A DNA stretch of 20,000 bases, from IMG/VR virus record IMGVR_UViG_3300027708_002678. One strand, 5' to 3'. Both the position numbers and the translations under genes were made by a program. The notes beneath the pieces were generated by a model. That model did no database searches, had not been told where the DNA came from, and saw nothing but the letters and a program-made list of their open reading frames with translations. Position 1 is the stretch's first letter. Each line of letters begins with the position of its first letter. The DNA is from an uncultured virus (IMG/VR IMGVR_UViG_3300027708_002678) (Duplodnaviria > Heunggongvirae > Uroviricota > Caudoviricetes). Of this stretch, positions 10,172 to 15,942 are shown piece after piece.

Positions 10172-10565
10172 GGGAGCGACACGGAATTGATTATTAGTAA
10201 TAGTTATTCGGGGCACGTAGTGAGATGTTCTCTATCACTTAAATCTATGGGTACAACAATTTAGACGGAAACGTTTTAAACAAAATGGCTCTAGTAGGTC
10301 TTGTACGTCAAGACGAGCTTGTGAACGTAGCGTAAGCAAACTCACATTGGGGTCGGTGGACATATAACCCAGCAACAGGAGTCCCTACAAAGGTGTGGTA
10401 CCTATCCGAAAAGGTACAAGTGGAGGATTAGTTCTCAGTAAACCAAACCACTCTAAAAATAAGGGAATTGTGAAATTTTGGATTGTTAGCTTAAACAATA
10501 TCCTAAACGTGTAGTCCTTAATAGGTAGTACAAATAAGACCGGAGTTCGAGTCTCCGCGCTTCCA
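10172..10565 (+). ncRNA. ssrA: tmRNA (one-piece); predicted tag ORF 10267-10335, (A)GNVLNKMALVGLVRQDELVNVA*
   Basis: Acceptor stem GGGAGCG/CGCTTCC with the G3-U Ala determinant and discriminator A; T-arm CGGAG-TTCGAGT-CTCCG; UAG-NN-resume context; smpB 1 kb away. CCA is not encoded. Confidence 0.92.
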
Positions 10566-10600
10566 CTTCCACCGGAGAGTCCCGACACCTCCATCAAAAG

Positions 10601-10628
10601 AAAAACCCATCATATGATGGGTTTTTTT
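10601..10628. terminator. Bidirectional intrinsic terminator
   Basis: AAAAACCCATCAT/ATGATGGGTTTTTTT inverted repeat between the convergent tmRNA and ORF 10653. Confidence 0.75.
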
Positions 10629-10652
10629 GTTATCAGTTCAAATGTTTATTTT

Positions 10653-11018
10653 TTAATCTTGTAGTAAATCCTTTGATACCGGAGTTACATTTAATTTATT
10701 TATTAATTTATCAAATCTTGAATCCATAATTCTATATACTTCATCAAAACCTTTATGTGTTTCGTCAGCTCTAGCATTAATATACCTATTTGTTTCCGTA
10801 TATAATTCGTCTGTTCGTTTAATCTCACCATCTATACGACGATGTAGTTCCTCACTTACTCTGTTTATATCATTAAAGATAAGTCCTTGTACTTGTTCCA
10901 ATTGGGAACATTTTGATTTTAATCTTTTAATTTGAATGTACATCATAACCACAACTCCAACTCCCAGTATCCCGAGAACCAAACCTATACCCATAATGAA
11001 CGATGTTAAATCTACCAT
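10653..11018 (-). CDS. Single-pass membrane protein with a coiled-coil tail
   Basis: Hydrophobic N-terminus FIMGIGLVLGILGVGVVVMMYI followed by a charged helical region. Confidence 0.7.
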   Translation of the reverse strand: MVDLTSFIMGIGLVLGILGVGVVVMMYIQIKRLKSKCSQLEQVQGLIFNDINRVSEELHRRIDGEIKRTDELYTETNRYINARADETHKGFDEVYRIMDSRFDKLINKLNVTPVSKDLLQD

Positions 11019-11067
11019 AATTTCTTTTTTTTATTTGTTTATTATTGAACTGATAATTAAGTATAAT

Positions 11068-11096
11068 AAAAAAAGGGACTATTTCAAGTCCCTTTA
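11068..11096 (-). terminator. Intrinsic terminator
   Basis: AAAAGGGACT-ATTTCA-AGTCCCTTTT hairpin with a U-tract on the minus strand. Confidence 0.65.
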
Positions 11097-11116
11097 TTAT
11101 ATAGTATTTTTATATT

Positions 11117-11578
11117 TTAATTTTCGTCATCATCAAACATTCCCATTTCATCACCCCAAGATTGTAAAAAATCTTGTTCTTCTTCGTGGCTAGGTTCCTC
11201 ATCATCTTTAGTATATTCCCAAGCTTGAACTTCATTCTTAAATTTATTAAATGAAAAATTAATTTCGTCTAAATCAAAACCTAATTTATAATCATTAAAA
11301 ACATTTTTCATATCATCTTTAATGTTATGTTTCATATATCCAACCATAACTTTGAAATACTTACGTAAATGATTTTCATTAAATGGTTCTCCAATAACTT
11401 CATCTAAAACGTGTTGGAAATGAGCGTCTATATAAAACTCCCAAGCTTTAGATAATGTTAAAACTTTTTTGTTTGAACCTAAACTATCATCTTCTTTAAT
11501 CACATTTTTTTTACCTGAGTGCATCTCAAGGATTCTATTTTTCTCTTCTTGAGAAATGTTATTTAACAAATTTTTCAT
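11117..11578 (-). CDS. Hypothetical protein with EEKNRILEMH leader
   Basis: MKNLLNNISQEEKNRILEMHS; TATTTATA upstream (11595-11602). Confidence 0.7.
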   Translation of the reverse strand: MKNLLNNISQEEKNRILEMHSGKKNVIKEDDSLGSNKKVLTLSKAWEFYIDAHFQHVLDEVIGEPFNENHLRKYFKVMVGYMKHNIKDDMKNVFNDYKLGFDLDEINFSFNKFKNEVQAWEYTKDDEEPSHEEEQDFLQSWGDEMGMFDDDEN

Positions 11579-11621
11579 ATTATTAGTTTTTTATTATAAA
11601 TATATTAAAATTAAAAAAAAA

Positions 11622-12059
11622 TCATTTCAAGTCTCTTTTCATATCTCTATCAATGTCCCGAGATTTTATACTATCTCGTTTATCGTGGAGTTTTTTCCCT
11701 TTGGCAAGAGCAATCTCCATCTTAACTAATCCGGTGTCATTTATGAAGACACGATAAGGAATGATGGTTGTCCCGTTGATTAACTCACTCTCCAACTTAT
11801 TCAGTTCTTTTCTCTTGGCTAATAGTTTTCTATCCTTAACGGTCTCGTGGAATGACCCAAACCCATAATCTGAGATGTTCATTCCTTTAACAAATAACTC
11901 ATTATTATTGAAATAACAATAACTTTCCGAGATGGAGACCTTTCCCTGACGGATGGATTTCACTTCTGAACCAACTAGTTTGATTCCCACAATTAAAGTT
12001 TCCAAGAAGGAATATTCAAACTTGGCTTTCTTATTGACTATGTTAATTGATTTTTTCAT
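11622..12059 (-). CDS. smpB: SsrA-binding protein SmpB
   Basis: NKKAKFEY, GIKLVGSEVKSIR, RKLL, ALAKGKKLHDKR motifs; start re-assigned to ATG 12059 (MKKSINIVNKK). Confidence 0.95.
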   Translation of the reverse strand: MKKSINIVNKKAKFEYSFLETLIVGIKLVGSEVKSIRQGKVSISESYCYFNNNELFVKGMNISDYGFGSFHETVKDRKLLAKRKELNKLESELINGTTIIPYRVFINDTGLVKMEIALAKGKKLHDKRDSIKSRDIDRDMKRDLK

Positions 12060-12063
12060 ATGA

Positions 12064-12094
12064 CAAAGATAATATAAAAATTGATATAAACAAA
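12064..12094 (-). promoter_or_regulatory. Bacteroidota-type promoter, probably giving a leaderless smpB mRNA
   Basis: TTTG-N19-TATCTTTG-TCAT-ATG on the minus strand. Confidence 0.7.
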
Positions 12095-12153
12095 AAACCC
12101 CAACCAATTAAATGGTGGGGTTTTTATAATTTTATTTTTTTTAATAAAATATA

Positions 12154-12561
12154 CTATCTAGGTCCTAAATCATATTCATTATCATCTTCATCTTCATCAT
12201 CATTACTATCTTCAACAGGAGTCACACTTAGTATGTTAAATCTTTTAGAAAATTTAGGAATTTTTGTTACATTAATTATAGATGAACTACTTCCAAATTC
12301 TGTTGAGTATCTTACTATCACTTTCTCATCATTACTATCTTCAACAGGATTTACACTTCGTATATTAAATCTTTTAGAAAATTTAGGAATTTCTTTTACA
12401 TCAATTATAGATGAACTACTTCCAAATTCTGTTGAGTATCTTACTATTACTTCCACACTTTCATTTATTGTTTCTTTAGTAATAATACTCTTTTTATTTG
12501 AGTGCATCTCAAGTATTCTATTTTTTTCACCTTGTGATATATCATTAAATAAATTTTTCAT
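12154..12561 (-). CDS. Hypothetical protein with EKNRILEMH leader and an internal 43-aa duplication
   Basis: MKNLFNDISQGEKNRILEMHS; VIVRYSTEFGSSSSII...PVEDSND occurs twice; TATTTATA upstream (12575-12582). Confidence 0.65.
   Translation of the reverse strand: MKNLFNDISQGEKNRILEMHSNKKSIITKETINESVEVIVRYSTEFGSSSSIIDVKEIPKFSKRFNIRSVNPVEDSNDEKVIVRYSTEFGSSSSIINVTKIPKFSKRFNILSVTPVEDSNDDEDEDDNEYDLGPR
12197..12451. repeat. Tandem duplication, 129-bp period, two copies
   Basis: Near-identical copies start at 12197 and 12326. Confidence 0.9.
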
Positions 12562-12594
12562 AATATTCTTTTAATATAAATATATGATATAAAC

Positions 12595-12628
12595 AAAAAA
12601 GGTGATACAAATTAATGTACCACCTTTT
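12595..12628 (-). terminator. Intrinsic terminator closing the large ncRNA
   Basis: Minus strand AAAAGGTGGTACA-TTAATT-TGTATCACCTTTTTT. Confidence 0.75.
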
Positions 12629-12629
12629 G

Positions 12630-13478
12630 GCTTAATACGATGAGAATACTCGTCTTATTGAGAATCTTCGGAAGCATTATTTTTTCGCTTCTTTTCCACC
12701 ATCTTTTGAATGGTAATCCTCATTGCCGATTGGTTAGACCAATCACTCCTTGAGATATCATCTACTCTCTCATTATTCAACTCTCTTCAATCTTGCGAAC
12801 TGACTCCGGATTCGACTCCGTAGAGGTTTTTGGCGAGAATACATTCAGACTTGCGGTCATCCTGTGCAACGAACGGCTCGTTACTATGTAGGCAACTTGT
12901 CGACGATACCTGACAGACACTTTTGCTCTTTTCTGTTTAGTTTTTCACCATATTGAAAATAGTTAACGTGTTGTGGATGTGTCCAAGTAGAGGTCTGTCT
13001 TAGGCTTCATCATCTTTTGGACGAAGAAATACCAACCTACTCGGTAGAGTGTCCCCACTCTCATATTTTAAGAATTCTTCAAATCAAAATCTTGGTAGAT
13101 GTTTGATAAGGATAATGACAGCACCACCTGTTACTTATCTTGTCTTTCGACTTTAAGATTTCTCTCATATTGGAACCCGCAATAATTAAGTTGGATAACC
13201 TAACTTCTTACTTGATTCCTATCACTTATTCCTGTTGGAGTTCCCCCCTCAACCGAAAGACCCACATCTCCCGGTCACCCAACCACTTTCTCTAAAGCGT
13301 CGCCCTCAATACTGAAGGTCAGATGGTATGTGACTTGTATACTCGAGTCCCATTTCTGAGACCGCAAACCTGTTAACACAACAGATTCACTTTAGCCCGG
13401 TTTCCCGGTTTATTTAAGGATGATATACCACCCATTATCGTTTTTATAATACCTAAGTACTATATGGATAATCTAAAA
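12630..13478 (-). ncRNA. Large structured non-coding RNA, GOLLD-like (boundaries approximate)
   Basis: About 850 nt with no ORF of 60 aa or more, visibly more GC-rich than its flanks, with its own promoter and terminator. Many hairpins, several with GNRA loops (CCGG-GAAA-CCGG, GUC-GAAA-GAC, CGCAAG). Size, closeness to tRNA-like genes and a recalled resemblance of the 3' end (AAUAAU...AUUCUCA) suggest GOLLD; the family is not verified. Confidence 0.7.
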
Positions 13479-13516
13479 TGTTTAAGAACGTTTTGAGGTT
13501 TCCCTCATTTGTTTTA

Positions 13517-13547
13517 CAAAGGTAAGTGATTTTTTTGAGAAGTCAAA
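13517..13547 (-). promoter_or_regulatory. Bacteroidota-type promoter for the large ncRNA
   Basis: TTTG (13547-13544), 19 nt, TACCTTTG (13524-13517); boxA-like CGTTCTTAAACA follows at 13490-13479. Confidence 0.75.
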
Positions 13548-13567
13548 CACTTTTGTATTTTTTTTTA

Positions 13568-13765
13568 TTATTTAATATTTTGTAGTTCCCAATCAAAATT
13601 TTTTCCCCTCATAACATCATCTGTCATTAACTTACTTTTATGTAAATCCCAAATAACCTCAATCTTTAAAAATGGGTTAAAACCACTAATTAATAAAAGA
13701 TATTGTTCATTATTGTTTGTTTTATTAGTTATAATATAATAACCACTTTCAAGTTTTGTGTCCAT
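13568..13765 (-). CDS. Small hypothetical protein
   Basis: 65-aa ORF with an A-rich leader, in the same orientation as its neighbours. Confidence 0.5.
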   Translation of the reverse strand: MDTKLESGYYIITNKTNNNEQYLLLISGFNPFLKIEVIWDLHKSKLMTDDVMRGKNFDWELQNIK

Positions 13766-13802
13766 TTTTTTTATTTTTTTTATTTTTTTTATTTTTTTTT
13801 AA

Positions 13803-13921
13803 TCTGTGATAAGACCTTAAGATTTACAAATTCGTAGGTCACCCATTCTTTACTACCTAAAACTCGCACTCCCGGCAGGGATAGTCTGCTGTAATAGGTC
13901 TATCTGCTATCTTATCACAGA
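13803..13921 (-). ncRNA. Putative ~119-nt structured RNA of unknown family
   Basis: Perfect 12-bp terminal inverted repeat TCTGTGATAAGA/TCTTATCACAGA, 7 nt downstream of the tRNA-like array; strand inferred from context. Confidence 0.5.
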
Positions 13922-13928
13922 ATAAATT

Positions 13929-14017
13929 ATGTGTGTGTACGCTCTACCATTATAGCTAAACCTTGGTCATCACGATTACGGTTGTTGGAATCGAACCAAC
14001 GACTTTACACTACACAT
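13929..14017 (-). ncRNA. Circularly permuted tRNA-like RNA (YrlA-like topology)
   Basis: 5' ATGTGTAGTGTA, T-arm GTTGG-TTCGATT-CCAAC, loop-closed acceptor AACC...GGTT, TA, D-arm GCT-ATAATGGTAG-AGC, 3' TACACACACAT pairing with the 5' end. Confidence 0.75.
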
Positions 14018-14021
14018 TTTG

Positions 14022-14113
14022 TGGTATCGGCAGGGTTCGAACCTACGGCACAGAGTCTTTCGTTACTCCTGCTCTACCAAAGGAAGACGAATCCCCCACT
14101 GAGCTACAATACC
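14022..14113 (-). tRNA. Atypical tRNA-like RNA with a D-loop hairpin insertion and a non-canonical 8-nt anticodon loop (no assignable isotype)
   Basis: Acceptor GGTATTG/CGATACC-A; D-arm GCTC...GAGC containing GGGGGA-TTCG-TCTTCC; GGAGT-AACGAAAG-ACTCT; T-arm GTAGG-TTCGAAC-CCTGC. Confidence 0.7.
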
Positions 14114-14123
14114 ATTATAAGTT

Positions 14124-14200
14124 AGTGGACGTATGCTCTACCATCTGAGCTACAGCTTTTAATCACCGGAGGGATTTGAATCCTCGACACAACGTCCACC
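14124..14200 (-). ncRNA. Circularly permuted tRNA-like RNA (YrlA-like topology)
   Basis: 5' GGTGGACGT, T-arm GAGGA-TTCAAAT-CCCTC, loop-closed acceptor CGGT-GATTAAAA-GCTG, TA, D-arm GCTC-AGATGGTA-GAGC, 3' ACGTCCACT pairing with the 5' end. Confidence 0.75.
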
Positions 14201-14237
14201 TATATTTTCAATAATTTTAAGAACTTTATTTCTTCTA

Positions 14238-14269
14238 CAAAGATAATACTTTTATTTTAATATATCAAA
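14238..14269 (-). promoter_or_regulatory. Bacteroidota-type promoter for the tRNA-like RNA array
   Basis: TTTG (14269-14266), 20 nt, TATCTTTG (14245-14238); boxA-like AGTTCTTAAAAT at 14225-14214. Confidence 0.75.
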
Positions 14270-14450
14270 TTATTTTAAAAATAATTTTATTAATTGAGTT
14301 AATCCTCCCATACAACATATTCCCGCACAAAAATAACTAAATCCGGGATTTCTACCATTCTCTTTTTGTGTTTTTGCGGAGAATAGGTTTAATCCCATCA
14401 ATCCGAATTGTAATAATACTATTTCCATAATTTTTATAATTTAATGTTTG

Positions 14451-14523
14451 TAGTCAGGACAGGACTCGAACCTGTAACTTTATTCCACTACACGGTTTGC
14501 GTCTACCATTCCGCCACCTGACT
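14451..14523 (-). tRNA. tRNA-like RNA with a Leu-type D-arm and a degenerate anticodon arm (pseudo-tRNA)
   Basis: Perfect acceptor AGTCAGG/CCTGACT-A; D-arm GCGGAATGGTAGACGC; T-arm ACAGG-TTCGAGT-CCTGT. The middle, AAACCGTGTAGTGGAATAAAGTT, cannot form a canonical 5-bp stem with a 7-nt loop. Confidence 0.7.
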
Positions 14524-14675
14524 ATGTTTCGTTAATGTTAAAAACTGATTCAATCCTCCTAAAAAACACTAACTTGCTACTTACTGATATTGGCTCGCCC
14601 ATCCATTTCTCATATTGATTTACCTGAAACTTCTTCGGGTTGTTGATTGACCACTCCCGCTTACTCAAGTAGTTT

Positions 14676-14930
14676 TTACATACTCATCATCCAACCCATT
14701 CGGTTTTGTTCTTGATACTGAGAATAAGTACATTTTCTCATTGACTTATAATCCGGTCTCAACTTAGTGTGAGTTGGGTATTTCTTCTCGTGTTCTTTCT
14801 GTTCTCTCATAACACGAGCATACGCCTCTCTTTTACTTGGTGCCCACACATCATTAAATCCACCACCAATCCAATTAAACAAATATAGGTATTCACCATT
14901 AACACTTCTATACAATTTCTCTTTAGCCAT
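14676..14930 (-). CDS. Small basic hypothetical protein
   Basis: 84-aa ORF downstream of a consensus promoter. Confidence 0.7.
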   Translation of the reverse strand: MAKEKLYRSVNGEYLYLFNWIGGGFNDVWAPSKREAYARVMREQKEHEKKYPTHTKLRPDYKSMRKCTYSQYQEQNRMGWMMSM

Positions 14931-14951
14931 AATTTATCCGTTTTGTGAGTA

Positions 14952-14982
14952 CAAAGATAAGCATTAAATTCAAACTACCAAA
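14952..14982 (-). promoter_or_regulatory. Bacteroidota-type promoter
   Basis: TTTG (14982-14979), 19 nt, TATCTTTG (14959-14952). Confidence 0.7.
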
Positions 14983-15035
14983 CTTTTTTTAATTTTTTTT
15001 TATTTTTTTTACTACAACGATTCCGTAAATTTTTG

Positions 15036-15050
15036 TGGCATAGAACTTGA
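15036..15050 (+). promoter_or_regulatory. Possible sigma54 (-24/-12) promoter
   Basis: TGGCATAGAACTTGA compared with consensus TGGCACG-N4-TTGC: correct spacing, GA instead of GC at -12. Confidence 0.45.
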
Positions 15051-15113
15051 TATAGTGGGTGTAATAAACTATAATTTTAACGAACTTAAAATTAACATTA
15101 AAAACAAATTATT

Positions 15114-15275
15114 ATGAAAAAAGTATTTTTAGCCCTTGCAGTAGTAGCGACGTTATCTTTAACATCTTGCAAACACGAAGCAAAAACTTCTGAAACTGAA
15201 GTTGTTGCCGATTCAACATCTGTAGATTCTACATCAGTTGATACCACTCAAGTAGACACTACTGAAGTGAAGTAA
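15114..15275 (+). CDS. Small lipoprotein (53 aa)
   Basis: MKKVFLALAVVATLSLTS-C lipobox, then KHEAKTSETEVVADSTSVDSTSVDTTQVDTTEVK; A-rich leader; followed by a terminator. Below the ORF-track cutoff. Confidence 0.85.
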   Translation: MKKVFLALAVVATLSLTSCKHEAKTSETEVVADSTSVDSTSVDTTQVDTTEVK

Positions 15276-15282
15276 AACAAAC

Positions 15283-15307
15283 AACCCCTCTTCGGAGGGG
15301 TTTTTTT
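15283..15307. terminator. Intrinsic terminator between convergent genes
   Basis: AACCCCTC-TTCG-GAGGGG-T7. Confidence 0.8.
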
Positions 15308-15941
15308 ATTTTAATAATTGTTTGATTCTATCTATATCGTTAATTATTCGTTTTTGTTTACTTTCGTTTAAACCAAACATTGGTTTAGCTACTTTGGAAA
15401 TCATATCTATCATAAAATTTTGACCGAATTTTTTAGCTCCTTCCTCACTATCCGCCTCATCTCCACTTGAACTACCATCATTTGATGAACTACCAACATT
15501 ATTAGAAACGTGAATATGGTTTTCGTGTTTTCCATCACTAAATCCAAAATATAAAACAGCCTTATCATTTCCTGATTCACGATTAATCGTATAACTATAA
15601 CCATTGGACAATTTATTTACAAATGCTATAATACTATCATAGATTCCATTTTTTTTGGCGTCCGCCACAGAACTCCATCCTTTACCATTAATTCTATTAA
15701 TATCAATAGCCTCACCTGTTTTATGTCTACTTTGATTACCTGACGATGTTGTATCTCTATGTCCGGAATTTGCGGTCCCAATAGTCACTGTTATACCAAC
15801 AGCATCAGCAGCATTATCAATATCTTCAAGTAATGATGAGTTTATTTCATCTGATGCTGCACTACCCTCCCATTTTATATTTGGATAATCCGATGTGTTA
15901 ACAGCACTAACATCTTCCATTAAATTGATTAACTTTTTCAT
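15306..15941 (-). CDS. M15/Hedgehog-DD-peptidase-fold zinc peptidase, putative cell-wall hydrolase
   Basis: H-x6-D motif 'SRHKTGEAIDI' and distal HxH 'HENHIHVS'. Confidence 0.7.
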   Translation of the reverse strand: MKKLINLMEDVSAVNTSDYPNIKWEGSAASDEINSSLLEDIDNAADAVGITVTIGTANSGHRDTTSSGNQSRHKTGEAIDINRINGKGWSSVADAKKNGIYDSIIAFVNKLSNGYSYTINRESGNDKAVLYFGFSDGKHENHIHVSNNVGSSSNDGSSSGDEADSEEGAKKFGQNFMIDMISKVAKPMFGLNESKQKRIINDIDRIKQLLK

Positions 15942-15942
15942 A

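Noticed and set aside
10019..10597. ORFs 10019..10264(+) and 10385..10597(-)
   Set aside because: They overlap the tmRNA and its promoter; likely spurious
12060..12107. N-terminal extension of SmpB (MVGVFCLYQF...)
   Set aside because: Covers the promoter and the upstream terminator; SmpB homology begins at ATG 12059
12047..12574. 175-aa plus-strand ORF
   Set aside because: Antisense shadow of 12154..12561, which has the leader motif and upstream promoter motif
13766..13800. Poly-T/A tract
   Set aside because: Low-complexity A-rich leader of the minus-strand ORF; no further structure
13931..14148. ORFs 13931..14125(+) and 13963..14148(+)
   Set aside because: Antisense to the tRNA-like RNAs; 'GFEP/GIEP' peptides are typical translations of antisense T-arms
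13929..14200. Permuted tRNA genes maturing into functional decoding tRNAs, as in some algae and archaea
   Set aside because: Acceptor stems are only about 4 bp, and no anticodon loop or bulge-helix-bulge splice motif is evident at the termini
14290..14427. Two tiny overlapping minus-strand ORFs (25 and 19 aa), possibly a frameshifted remnant
   Set aside because: Too short and no recognisable homology
14522..14668. Possible 48-aa TTG-start ORF (LSKREWSINNPKKF...) on the minus strand, or a CTACTT/AAGTAG-closed RNA
   Set aside because: Neither reading can be supported from sequence alone
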